Assembly (NCBI GenBank): GCA_004555535.1
Contig: SFHU01000001.1
Coordinates: forward strand, 10,678 to 74,677
Reading direction: 5' to 3'
Length of the DNA stretch: 64,000 nucleotides
Source of the DNA: Clostridiales bacterium
Lineage (GTDB): Bacteria; Bacillota; Clostridia; Christensenellales; Aristaeellaceae
Made by a program: the position numbers and the translations under genes. The notes beneath the pieces are model-generated. The model was not told the DNA's origin and ran no database searches. It worked only from the letters and a program-made list of their open reading frames with translations. This document shows positions 1 to 8,667 of the stretch, in pieces (the first letter of the stretch is position 1; every line of letters starts with the position of its first letter).

Positions 1-1000
1 CGACGGCGTCCTCGCCGTTTAAGATGTAGCGCCGGTAGTCCTCGTCCATCTCCCGGACGTTGGGCAGGGTTCTGAAGCCCCACCAGCAGTCGTAGTCATC
101 CGGCCAGTGCCGGAAGGTGAACCACTTGGCATAGGGCGAGTCGGGGTCGCGGTAGGCGCCGACCTTCTCGCCATGCGTACCGCGGCGGTTGAAGTACACG
201 CTGTCGTCGCCGACGTGGGAGAACACGCCGTCGAGCATCACGCGGATGCCGAGCTTGCCCGCCTCCTCGCACAGCGCGCGCAGCGTCTTTTCGTCGCCAA
301 ACATCGGGTCGACGCGCATGTAGTCGCTGGTGTCGTATTTGTGGTTGGTGCGCCCCTCGAAGATCGGGTTAAAGTAGAGCACGGTCACGCCCAGCTCCTT
401 GAGGTAGGAAAGCTTCTGGCGCACGCCCTCCAGGTTGCCGCCGTAGAAGTCGTTGGCGAAGTTGTCCCCGTTTTCGGAGATGTTGAGGAAGGGCATCTCG
501 TCCCACTTTTCGTGGAGCATGATGTTCTGCCCGGCCTTGGCGTGGAAAAGCGCGTCCGTCCCCTCGCCCCTGAAGAAGCGGTCGACCATGATCTGGTACA
601 TCACGCCCTCGTGCATCCAGCCGGGCGTCGTGTAGTCGGGGTCATAGACGGTGATCTGGAAGCTCTCCTCGCTGCCCATCCTCCCCTCGCCGCAGCCCGT
701 GTGGTCGTCCGGCGCGCCGAGCACGATGCGCTGCCCGTCCACCATCGCTTCAAACCTGTACCAATACAGGCAGGGCGTCGCGCTCACGGCGATCTGCGCC
801 TCGTAATAGCGCTTGCCGTCGCGCAGGCCGAGCGGGCGCATCGGGAAGCGATGCTCCTCGCCGTCCCACACGCGCAGCTCGACGCTCTGCAGCGTCTCCC
901 TGCCCACGGCGGCAAGCCGCAGGCGCACCTGCGCGCCGGCGGGAAGCGCCCCCTGCGGGAAGCGGTCAAAGCGTTTCAGGGTGTTATGCTCAAAAACCAT
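1..1000 (-). CDS. GH13 alpha-amylase-family glycosidase (neopullulanase/cyclomaltodextrinase-like), N-terminal part; continues beyond left edge
   Basis: Not in ORF track because it runs off the edge. My translation of the minus strand from ATG 998-1000 gives MVFEHNTLKRFDRF...YQIMVDRFFRGEG...FYGGNLEGVRQKLSYLKELGVTVLYFNPIFEG...IRVMLDGVFSHVGDDS (GH13 conserved regions). The + ORF 107..1216 is its antisense shadow. Confidence 0.8.
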   Translation of the reverse strand, partial: MVFEHNTLKRFDRFPQGALPAGAQVRLRLAAVGRETLQSVELRVWDGEEHRFPMRPLGLRDGKRYYEAQIAVSATPCLYWYRFEAMVDGQRIVLGAPDDHTGCGEGRMGSEESFQITVYDPDYTTPGWMHEGVMYQIMVDRFFRGEGTDALFHAKAGQNIMLHEKWDEMPFLNISENGDNFANDFYGGNLEGVRQKLSYLKELGVTVLYFNPIFEGRTNHKYDTSDYMRVDPMFGDEKTLRALCEEAGKLGIRVMLDGVFSHVGDDSVYFNRRGTHGEKVGAYRDPDSPYAKWFTFRHWPDDYDCWWGFRTLPNVREMDEDYRRYILNGEDAV

Positions 1001-1212
1001 GGCTCAGCGCTCCATCCTTTGGGTGTGGTTTTCCGGGCAGCGCAGCAGCACTCCGCGCCCGGCACAGTCCCATTTATTGTAATGGATTTTCCCATGAATG
1101 TCAAACCCGCGCAGCGCCCTGCGGAAGAGTTCACATTTTTGTCTCATTCCCATTGCTTCCGCGCAACAACTGCGCTTTATAATGAAGCAAACAAGCAAAA
1201 GGAGGGCCGCTC

Positions 1213-1803
1213 ATGAAACGCATACTTTCCGCGCTCTGCGCGTGCGCTGTGCTCGCCGCGGCGCTCCTGCTCCTTCTGGGCGCGCAGGGCGAGGTGCGCA
1301 CCGCCGCGCAGACCGCCGGCGGCGCAGCCGGTCAGGCGCAGACCGGCGATGCATCGGACAGGGAGCGCGACGGGGCGCACACGGAGCCGCTCTTTTCCTC
1401 GCTCTCCCCGGGCGCCGTCACGGCGCTGTCCGTCACCTCCGGCGACCGGCACTTTGAATTTCTCTGCGACGGGGACGCCGTCAGCGTCAACGGGCAGATG
1501 GCCGACGGCGAGATCTTTCTGACGCTGCTGGACCAGATCCTGACGCTGCCCGTCACGGCCTGCGCCGCCTTCTCCCCGGAGGAGGGCAGCGCGATGCTCA
1601 CGCTCGTTGTGACCGCCGCCGGCCACGACTACACGGTCCGCTTCTACGAGGGCAGCTCGCAGGAGACGGCGCGCGTGCTCGCCGGCACGCCCGAGGAGCC
1701 CGTCTACGGCGCCACCAGGGCCTGGCGCATCGGCACGCTGCTGCTGGTGTGCGACGGCACGCGCATCCAGGACGAGAGCGGCAACGAGACGCCCGCCCAA
1801 TGA
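1213..1803 (+). CDS. secreted or lipoprotein-like hypothetical protein
   Basis: 196-aa ORF with RBS AAAGGAGGG upstream and signal-like N-terminus MKRILSALCACAVLAAALLLLLGAQG. No family recognised. Confidence 0.6.
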   Translation: MKRILSALCACAVLAAALLLLLGAQGEVRTAAQTAGGAAGQAQTGDASDRERDGAHTEPLFSSLSPGAVTALSVTSGDRHFEFLCDGDAVSVNGQMADGEIFLTLLDQILTLPVTACAAFSPEEGSAMLTLVVTAAGHDYTVRFYEGSSQETARVLAGTPEEPVYGATRAWRIGTLLLVCDGTRIQDESGNETPAQ

Positions 1804-1874
1804 TCGGGTCCTTCCTGTGACCGGCCTCTTCCGCCGGCCGGCTTCTTCCGCTGAAATTCTTCCAAAACGCACAG

Positions 1875-1909
1875 CCCCCGCGCCTGCCGGACAACCGGAC
1901 GCGCGGGGG
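1875..1909. terminator. bidirectional hairpin terminator
   Basis: CCCCCGCGC...GCGCGGGGG stem between convergent genes, with T-rich flanks on both strands. Confidence 0.55.
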
Positions 1910-1998
1910 TATTATTCCCGTTTTGGGGCGTTTTCTTCCCCGGCCTGCGATATGGGGAGGGCTAGGGCATGGACGGCCCAGGGAAAGCGGGCCGGCGC

Positions 1999-2643
1999 TC
2001 ACCGCCTGCTGCGGTAGTCCTCGTCGATGCGCTGCTTCCAGTCGCTTCCAAGCGGACAGCTGGCGCGCACGGCGCTGATGGCCTCGCCCATCACCTCGTA
2101 GTTGAGCGCGGTGCCCTGCGCGTCGCTGTTGTAGTCGACCGCGCGGTCCGCGCCGATGCCGAAGCGCCCGGCGGTCTGCACGGCGTCGATGTTTGCGCCC
2201 AGGAAGAGGAACTCCCAGCCGTAGAGGCTCTTCTGCCGCTCGATCATCCTGCGGACCTCCTCGACGGTATAGCGGCGGCTGGCGTTCTCCATGCCGTCCG
2301 TCGTGATGATCACGAGCGTGTGCTCCGGGCGGTCCTCCTCGCGCGCATAGCGGTGGACATTGCCGATATGGTGGATCGCGCCGCCGATGGCGTCCAGCAG
2401 CGCCGTGCAGCCGCCGGGGGTGTACTGCTGCCGGGTCATCGGCTCGACGCGGCGGATGTCCACGCGGTCGTGGATGACCTCGCTGCGGGTGTCAAAGAGC
2501 ACGGTGGAGACGTATGCCTCCCCCTCCCCCCTGCGCTGGCGCTCGATCATGGCGTTGAAGCCGCCGATGGTGTCGGCCTCCAAGCCGCTCATGGAGCCGC
2601 TGCGGTCGAGGATGAAGACCAGCTCTGTCAGATTCTTTCTCAT
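1999..2643 (-). CDS. von Willebrand factor A (vWA) domain protein, cytoplasmic, about 214 aa
   Basis: Track ORF 1999..2847 trimmed to ATG 2643 (RBS AAAGGGAGG). MIDAS-type LVFILDRSGSMSG ... IITTDGMEN; no signal peptide. Confidence 0.8.
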   Translation of the reverse strand: MRKNLTELVFILDRSGSMSGLEADTIGGFNAMIERQRRGEGEAYVSTVLFDTRSEVIHDRVDIRRVEPMTRQQYTPGGCTALLDAIGGAIHHIGNVHRYAREEDRPEHTLVIITTDGMENASRRYTVEEVRRMIERQKSLYGWEFLFLGANIDAVQTAGRFGIGADRAVDYNSDAQGTALNYEVMGEAISAVRASCPLGSDWKQRIDEDYRSRR

Positions 2644-2665
2644 CAAAAACGCCTCCCTTTCTTTG

Positions 2666-2682
2666 GATAGACGCAGTCTATC
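2666..2682. promoter_or_regulatory. perfect 7-3-7 palindrome GATAGACgcaGTCTATC between the macro and vWA genes (possible operator)
   Basis: Seen directly, about 15 nt upstream of the vWA RBS. Confidence 0.3.
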
Positions 2683-2722
2683 ACAGTCAGAGAGGCGTTT
2701 GGTCGCCTGTGAGGCGACAAAT

Positions 2723-3769
2723 TCACCCGCCGATGAGGCTCTGGTCGAACGCGAAGAGCGCCTCGTTGATCTCAAAGACGTTGTAGTTGCCGCGCTCGAT
2801 GAAGTATTCCACGATGATGTCAAACGGGGTCGAGTGCGAGAGCGCAAACCCGGCCTTCATCAGCATCTCCCGCGTCTCCTCAAGCGGCAGCTCCAGCGCG
2901 ATGGCGAAGGCCAGCACGGTCGTCTTTTCGGGCCGGTAGCCGGGATTGCTTTTGATCTTGTGGAAGAGGCGGCGGTCGATGTTGGCCCGGCGGTAGCAGG
3001 CGGCGTCGGTCATGTGCTTCTCGTCGATCTTGCGCAGCAGCATCTGCGAAAAGCCCTCGTCCAGGCGCCCCAGCCGCTCGTCAAGCTCCCGCGACGGCGC
3101 CGCGCTGCAGGGAAAGGGCGCCGCATCGCCGGAAAAGGGCGCCGCGTCGCAGAGAAAGGGCGCCGCAGCCCTTTCCTCCTCCATGTACAGCGCGCCCTGC
3201 CGGCGGCGGCTCAGCTTCCTGCCGCCTGCCTCGCTGTGCGATTGCACGTAGGCGTCGTCGATGCAGACGGCGATGTCGGGAAACAGCCTGCTGCCCAGCT
3301 GCACGGCGTCCCGGCCGAACACGACGAGGACCACCTCCATCTCGTGCCCGAGCAGGTAGCCGGCAATCGTGTCCGTCGCCACCCGCAGCGCCTGCCCCAG
3401 CGGATAGCCGTATGCGCCGGCGGAGATCAGCGGGAAGGCGATGCTCGCGCAGCCGTTTGCCTCGGCCAGCTCCAGCGAACGGCGATAGCAGGAGGCCAGC
3501 AGCGCCGGCTCGCCATGCCGCCCGTCCTGCCAGATGGGGCCGACGGTGTGGATGACGTAGCGGCACGGCAGGCGATAGCCCGGCGTGATCTTCGCCTCGC
3601 CGGTGCGGCAGCCGTGCAGCGCGCGGCAGGCCTCCAGCAGCTGCGGCCCGGCGGCGCTGTGAATCGCGCCGTCCACCCCTCCGCCGCCAAGCAGTGACGC
3701 ATTGGCGGCGTTGACCACGGCGTCCACGCGCATTTTTGTGATGTCGTTTCTGACCATCGTCAGCGGCAT
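2723..3769 (-). CDS. macro domain (ADP-ribose binding/hydrolase, MacroD/YmdB-like) protein with C-terminal helical HTH-like domain
   Basis: [27 protein letters not shown] ... [14 protein letters not shown] are macro-domain motifs. Start moved to the second ATG (3769), which has 6-nt spacing from GGGAGGG. A low-complexity AAPF x3 linker precedes an approx. 110-aa C-terminal domain. Confidence 0.85.
   Translation of the reverse strand: MPLTMVRNDITKMRVDAVVNAANASLLGGGGVDGAIHSAAGPQLLEACRALHGCRTGEAKITPGYRLPCRYVIHTVGPIWQDGRHGEPALLASCYRRSLELAEANGCASIAFPLISAGAYGYPLGQALRVATDTIAGYLLGHEMEVVLVVFGRDAVQLGSRLFPDIAVCIDDAYVQSHSEAGGRKLSRRRQGALYMEEERAAAPFLCDAAPFSGDAAPFPCSAAPSRELDERLGRLDEGFSQMLLRKIDEKHMTDAACYRRANIDRRLFHKIKSNPGYRPEKTTVLAFAIALELPLEETREMLMKAGFALSHSTPFDIIVEYFIERGNYNVFEINEALFAFDQSLIGG
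3109..3172. repeat. in-frame 21-22-bp tandem repeat x3 inside the macro-domain gene linker
   Basis: G(A)AAAGGGCGCCGC(A/G)(T/G)CGC x3, encoding AAPF(L/S/P)(C/G)(D/S). Confidence 0.8.
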
Positions 3770-3802
3770 GGTCATCCCTCCCGTCTTTTTCCGTGCCCGT
3801 CC

Positions 3803-4453
3803 TCAGGCCTCCCCATAGAAGCCCTTCACCCGCTCCCGCACGGCGGCAATCGCCGGGCCGAGGCAGAAGCCCGTCACCACGGTCGTCAGGCCGACCGTCG
3901 AGCCCAGCGCGAAGCCGGAGAGCATCATGCCCACGTCCCAGCAGACGCGGATGACGCGGAAGGAGAGGCGCTTCGTGTGCGCCGCGATGATCTGCGGCAC
4001 GGCGTCGTAGGGCGCCACGCCCAGGTCGACGGAGATATACACCGACGCCGAGAGCAGGAATACCAGCATCGTGGGCGCAAAGATGGCCAGGCGCGCAGCC
4101 ATCGTCAGCGTCAGCAGCGCGGGAAAGCGGTCGAGCACCGCCATGACGAAGTCCGCCGTGTAGCCGATAAAGACCATGTTGGCCAGCGTGCCCGCGCCGA
4201 TGCGGCCCACGTCAAACCGCAGCACGATCAGCATCAGCAGCGCGTTGAGCGTGAGCTGCACGGTACCGAAGGACACGCCCATCAGCCGGCTCAGGCCGAG
4301 GGTCAGCGTCGAGCAGGGATCCGTGCCCAGCCCGATGCGGTCAAACACGGCGACGCACACGCCCATCAGCTCCACGCTCAGCAGCAACGAAATGAGCCTT
4401 CTCCCCATGCGCGGACGCGCCATGCCCCGCACAAACTCCCGTAATCCCATCAT
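3803..4453 (-). CDS. YczE/YyaS-like polytopic membrane protein
   Basis: Track ORF trimmed to MMGLREF (RBS AAGAGGA). Multiple hydrophobic helices; GLGTDPCSTLTLGLS..GVSFGT resembles the YczE-type first-helix motif. Family call is tentative. Confidence 0.6.
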   Translation of the reverse strand: MMGLREFVRGMARPRMGRRLISLLLSVELMGVCVAVFDRIGLGTDPCSTLTLGLSRLMGVSFGTVQLTLNALLMLIVLRFDVGRIGAGTLANMVFIGYTADFVMAVLDRFPALLTLTMAARLAIFAPTMLVFLLSASVYISVDLGVAPYDAVPQIIAAHTKRLSFRVIRVCWDVGMMLSGFALGSTVGLTTVVTGFCLGPAIAAVRERVKGFYGEA

Positions 4454-4677
4454 CCATCCTCTTTCCCGGGCCGCGCCCGATTGTCCGCTGCGTTCATACC
4501 GGAGCACATTATATCGGAACCGCAGGAAAACATCAAGCCGCGCGCACCGTTTTCCGCGCGTTTTTGCTTCCGTGTAAAAACTTTGCAATTTCCCTTCCTT
4601 TTTCCATGCCTGCTGTGCTATACTGTACGCGTCCACATGTCACTTTTGTGTCATTACCATTGAGGAGGTTTTTTCCA

Positions 4678-5718
4678 ATGAAGAAGCTGCTTTCCCTCGC
4701 CCTGGCGCTGCTCATGTGCATCGCCTGCGTCAGCGCCCTGGCCGACACCGTCGCCATGGACAAGCTGACCCTCCAGTTCGTCCCCTCCAAGGACGCGGAC
4801 GTCATCATCACCGGCACCAAGAACCTGCCGGAGCTGCTCAAGGCCGAGCTGCTGAAGCAGGGCTACGATGTCAAGGACATCGAGATCTCTGTCGGCACCA
4901 GCTATGAGGCGACCGGCGAGGCCATGGCCGCCGGCACCATCGACATCGGCTGGCTGCCGGGCGGCACCTACGCCCTCTACAGCGACGAGGTCGAGGTCAT
5001 CCTGACCGCTACCCGCGCCGGCCTGTCCAACGACAGCACCGACCCGAAGACCTGGAACGGCGAGGCCAACAAGACCCTCAAGAATGGCCCGGAGGTCACC
5101 TTCTACCGCTCCCTGATCTACGCCACGCCCTCTGCCTACGGCAAGGAGCTGGCCGCCAAAGTCAACGCCGGCGAGGCGCTGACGTGGGAAGACCTTGAGA
5201 AGGCCAACTGGGCCGTGCTCAAGAACTCCTCCTCCGCGGGCTACATCTACCCGACCCTCTGGCTGCAGGACAACTACGGCAAGAAGCTGACCGATCTGCC
5301 CAGCGCTGTGACCCTCTCCGGCTATGGCGAGGCCTTCGCGCAGGCGGCGGCCGAGGCGGTCGACATCATCGTCTGCTACGCGGACGGCCGCAACGACTAT
5401 GAGGCGGCCTGGACGCTGCCCATCGATCAGGCGGACGAGACCGGCAAGCAGGGCATGGGCCGCGAGGATTCCATCTGGAACGAGCTCAATGTCATCGGCG
5501 TCACCCCGGGCATCTACAACGACACCGTCTCCATCACCAAGGCGAACCCGGCCGTCTACAATCCGGAGTTCATCGCGGCGATGCAGAACGCCCTGATCAA
5601 CGTCATCAACACGCCGGAAGGCCAGGAGATCTTCAGCGTGTACAGCCACACCGGCTACGCTGTCGCGACCGATTCCGATTACGACGGCGCGCGCGCTGCG
5701 CTCAAGATCGCGCAGTAA
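4678..5718 (+). CDS. phnD: phosphonate/phosphite ABC transporter substrate-binding lipoprotein (PhnD family)
   Basis: Start at ATG 4678 after GAGGAGG. Signal/lipobox MKKLLSLALALLMCIAC; LTLQFVPSKDAD and GWLPGGTYALY are PhnD-like. Followed by phnC and two phnE. Confidence 0.8.
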   Translation: MKKLLSLALALLMCIACVSALADTVAMDKLTLQFVPSKDADVIITGTKNLPELLKAELLKQGYDVKDIEISVGTSYEATGEAMAAGTIDIGWLPGGTYALYSDEVEVILTATRAGLSNDSTDPKTWNGEANKTLKNGPEVTFYRSLIYATPSAYGKELAAKVNAGEALTWEDLEKANWAVLKNSSSAGYIYPTLWLQDNYGKKLTDLPSAVTLSGYGEAFAQAAAEAVDIIVCYADGRNDYEAAWTLPIDQADETGKQGMGREDSIWNELNVIGVTPGIYNDTVSITKANPAVYNPEFIAAMQNALINVINTPEGQEIFSVYSHTGYAVATDSDYDGARAALKIAQ

Positions 5719-5821
5719 CCGCTCCCCGCGCGGGCGGCTTCCAGGCGGAAGCCGCCCGTTTTTTGGAAAGCCTCCACACTGGCTCATGCTCTGCATGGAC
5801 GCCCTTTTTCAGTCCATCCAA

Positions 5822-5965
5822 GTCTTCAGAAAATCAACCGTCAGGTAACGCTTCGCTCCCTGACTGCTTCTCAGGAATGGCTTCGCCATGAAGGGAAACG
5901 TTGGGCTGCCGCCCAAACCTGCCCGGGGGACACGTCCCCCGGACTCCCTTCTTCGCTTCACGCGC
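5822..5965 (+). repeat. interspersed modular repeat, short form with degenerate core (between phnD and phnC)
   Basis: GTCTTCAG..CGTCAGG..GCTTCGC..CCTGACTGCTTCTCAGG (decayed core), then CGTTGGGCTGCCGCCCAAACC, GGGGGACACGTCCCCC and the tail CTCCCTTCTTCGCTTCACGCG. Confidence 0.7.
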
Positions 5966-6007
5966 TTTAAAGCGGATTCCAAATACCAAGCAAAGGATGT
6001 GTCCCCG

Positions 6008-6769
6008 TTGATCGAATTCAAGCATGTCTCCAAAACATATCCCAACGGCGTCAAGGGCCTCAAGGATGTGAGCCTCAAGTTTGAGCAGGGCGAGTTCGTC
6101 GCCATCATCGGCCTCTCCGGCGCGGGCAAGTCGACGCTCATCCGCACGATCAACCGCATGATCGACATCACCGAGGGCGAGCTGACCGTCGACGGCACCG
6201 ACGTCATGAAGCTCTCCGGCAAGGCTCTGCGCCGCTTCCGCCGCAAGATCGGCATGATCTTCCAGTCCTTCAACCTCGTGACCCGCGCCACCGCGCTCAA
6301 AAACGTGCTCACCTCGATGGTGCCGGATATGGGCTTTGTGCGCGTGCTGCTGGGCCTGTTCACCAAAGAGCAGAAGCTCTCCGCCCTCGCCGCGCTGGAC
6401 AAGGTCGGCATTCTCGACAAGGCGTATATCCGCTGCGACCAGCTCTCCGGTGGCCAGCAGCAGCGCGTCGCGCTCGCGCGTACGCTCAACCAGAACCCCT
6501 CCATCATCCTGGCGGACGAGCCCGTCGCCGCGCTCGACCCCGTGACGGCGCATCAGGTCATGGCCGACTTCAAGCGCATCAACGAGGAGATGGGCATCAC
6601 CATCCTCATCAACATCCACCACGTCGACCTGGCGCTGGGCTACGCGCAGCGCGTCGTCGGCATCCGCGCGGGCGAGATCGTCTACGACGGCCCGGCCAGC
6701 GAGGTCACGCAGGAGGTGCTCGACAGCATCTACAACGGCTCCGCCGTTCCGCAGGCCGGCGGCAACTGA
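6008..6769 (+). CDS. phnC: phosphonate ABC transporter ATP-binding protein
   Basis: IEFKHVSKTYPNGVKGLKDVSL..GLSGAGKSTL (Walker A), LSGGQQQRVALAR (signature), ILADEP (Walker B). TTG 6008 lies 10 nt after AAGGA; GTG 5999 is an alternative. Upstream part of track ORF 5888.. lies in a repeat. Confidence 0.85.
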   Translation: MIEFKHVSKTYPNGVKGLKDVSLKFEQGEFVAIIGLSGAGKSTLIRTINRMIDITEGELTVDGTDVMKLSGKALRRFRRKIGMIFQSFNLVTRATALKNVLTSMVPDMGFVRVLLGLFTKEQKLSALAALDKVGILDKAYIRCDQLSGGQQQRVALARTLNQNPSIILADEPVAALDPVTAHQVMADFKRINEEMGITILINIHHVDLALGYAQRVVGIRAGEIVYDGPASEVTQEVLDSIYNGSAVPQAGGN

Positions 6770-6780
6770 GGAGGCGCAGC

Positions 6781-7632
6781 ATGAAGAAAAACGCTTCCGC
6801 CGCTGCGCGCATGCCGCTGTTTGACCGCATCTTCAAGCCCGAAACGGTCACGCTCCCCAACGGGCACACCGTCCTGCGCCCGCGCTCGCGCACGCCGCTG
6901 ATCGCCGCCATCGTGATCTTCGCGCTGGCGCTCTCCGTCAAGGTCACGGGGTTTGATCTGACGCTCATCGTCAAGCGCGCCAGCCAGCTCACCAAGATCC
7001 TCGGGCAGATCTTTCAACCCGACGCCAGCTTCTTTGACAAGGTACTCCCGCCGCTGTTTGACACCATCAAGATGAGCATCCTCGGCTCGGTCGTCGGCTG
7101 CCTGCTCGCGCTGCCCTACGCCGTCGCCGCCTCCGCCAACATCAACCGCAGCAAGCCGCTGCTGGCCGCGCTGCGCTTTCTGCTCAACATCGTGCGCACG
7201 CTGCCCACGCTGGTCATCGCCAGCATCTGCGCGCTGGTCTTCGGTCTGGGCACGTTCGCCGGTACCGTCGCCATCGTCGTCTTCACCTTCGGCGTCGTCA
7301 CCAAGATGCTCTATGAGTCCATCGAGACGGTCAACATGGGCGCGTTTGAAGCGCTCGAATCCGCCGGGGCGAACAAGTTCCAGGCCTTCTGGAGCGCCGT
7401 GTTCCCGCAGGTGCTGCCGACCTATCTCTCCCATTGCCTGTACAGCTTTGAGATGAACGTGCGCGCCGCGTCGATTCTCGGCTACGTCGGCGCGGGCGGT
7501 TTGGGCATTCTGATCGACGAGCGCATCGGCTGGCGCGATTACAACGGTCTGGGCACGGTGCTGCTGACGCTGTTCGTCGCCGTGTTCGTGATCGAGAATC
7601 TGAGCCAGTTCCTGCGCAGCAAGCTCAGCTAA
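6781..7632 (+). CDS. phnE: phosphonate ABC transporter permease
   Basis: 283-aa polytopic protein after phnC (RBS GAGGAGG). Ends with the PhnE-like motif AASILGYVGAGGLGILI. Confidence 0.8.
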   Translation: MKKNASAAARMPLFDRIFKPETVTLPNGHTVLRPRSRTPLIAAIVIFALALSVKVTGFDLTLIVKRASQLTKILGQIFQPDASFFDKVLPPLFDTIKMSILGSVVGCLLALPYAVAASANINRSKPLLAALRFLLNIVRTLPTLVIASICALVFGLGTFAGTVAIVVFTFGVVTKMLYESIETVNMGAFEALESAGANKFQAFWSAVFPQVLPTYLSHCLYSFEMNVRAASILGYVGAGGLGILIDERIGWRDYNGLGTVLLTLFVAVFVIENLSQFLRSKLS

Positions 7633-7644
7633 GGGAGGGATACC

Positions 7645-8463
7645 ATGCAATACGCCGATCATATTCTCGAGAAATACGAATCCCGCCCGCGCAAGTGGTG
7701 GCAATACCTGCTCGTCGCGCTCATCCTCGCGCTGCTGCTGAGCTGGTCCGCCTCCAGCATCACCTTCAAGGGCCTGGCCGCCAAGGGCGCGGAGGTCGCC
7801 AAGGGCATCTTCTGGGGCCTCGTCAAGCCCGACATGAGCATGCTGCTGACCACGGCGACCGACGGCGTGCCCTATCTGCTGATGGAGACGGTCTGCATCG
7901 CCATCCTCGGCACGGTCGTGGGCGGCATCCTCGCGCTGCCCATCAGCTTCCTGGCCAGCCCGAAGATCATGCCCAGGCCCGTCGCGTTCCTCTTCAACGC
8001 GCTGATCCTGCTGATCCGCACGCTGCCCTCGATCGTCTGGGCGCTGATCTGGATCCGCGTGACCGGCCCGGGCGCGTTCTGCGGCGTCATCACGCAGAGC
8101 ATCTGCTCCATCGGCATGATCTCCAAGATGTACATGACCGCCATCGCCGACTTGGACACGAGCATTCTCGAATCGCTGGACGCCTCGGGCTGCACGGCCT
8201 TCCAGAAGGTGCGCTACGGCATCATCCCCCAGCTCACGCCGAACATCATCTCCACCGTGATCTACCGCTTTGACATCAACATCAAGGACGCGACCACGCT
8301 GGGCATCGTCGGCGCGGGCGGCATCGGCGCGGCGCTGATTCAGTGCATCAACTCCCGCCGCTGGACGATGGTCGGCTCGTTCATCCTCGCGATGATCGTG
8401 CTGATGCTCGTCATCGAGTTCGCCTCCACGCGCATCCGCGCGAAGCTCGCAAGGGGACAATAA
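7645..8463 (+). CDS. phnE: phosphonate ABC transporter permease (second copy)
   Basis: 272-aa polytopic paralog with DATTLGIVGAGGIGAALI motif; RBS AGGGAGGG. Confidence 0.8.
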   Translation: MQYADHILEKYESRPRKWWQYLLVALILALLLSWSASSITFKGLAAKGAEVAKGIFWGLVKPDMSMLLTTATDGVPYLLMETVCIAILGTVVGGILALPISFLASPKIMPRPVAFLFNALILLIRTLPSIVWALIWIRVTGPGAFCGVITQSICSIGMISKMYMTAIADLDTSILESLDASGCTAFQKVRYGIIPQLTPNIISTVIYRFDINIKDATTLGIVGAGGIGAALIQCINSRRWTMVGSFILAMIVLMLVIEFASTRIRAKLARGQ

Positions 8464-8482
8464 CCGCAGAGCATCGTTTTCA

Positions 8483-8575
8483 GCCGCGAAGCGAAGGTGG
8501 GGTCCGGGGATGAAATCCCCGGTCAGGGGCCCGGGGGATGAAATCCCCCGGACGCATCCCGCGCCTTCGCTTTTT
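8483..8575 (-). repeat. repeat fragment: tail plus two GGGGATGAAATCCCC hairpins, no core
   Basis: GCCGCGAAGCGAAGG starts 20 nt after the phnE stop. Two tandem CCGGGGATGAAATCCCCGG hairpins follow, and an inverted CCTTCGC closes the fragment. Confidence 0.65.
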
Positions 8576-8667
8576 CTGCACCCGCCGCCGCTTCGCCGCT
8601 GTCGCCGCAGGCGGCCTGCAGCGGCGAACACGCCAACCCTCATTCAAACTCTGACAAGGACACCATC

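Noticed and set aside
107-1216. Long + strand ORF (369 aa). Many similar very long ORFs lie opposite real genes, e.g. 6730..8643, 8644..10311, 13423..16212, 17350..19524, 22623..24146, 42664..44145 and 47954..50002.
   Set aside because: They are antisense shadows typical of high-GC DNA: Arg/Ala/Gly/His-rich low-complexity translations with no recognisable domains. In every case the opposite strand encodes a protein with clear family motifs and a proper RBS.
4537-4566. Hairpin CGCGCG..CGCGCG plus T-run on the + strand upstream of phnD, possibly an attenuator or orphan terminator.
   Set aside because: I could not connect it to any upstream + strand transcript or to a recognisable leader or Pho-box arrangement. 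Left unannotated.
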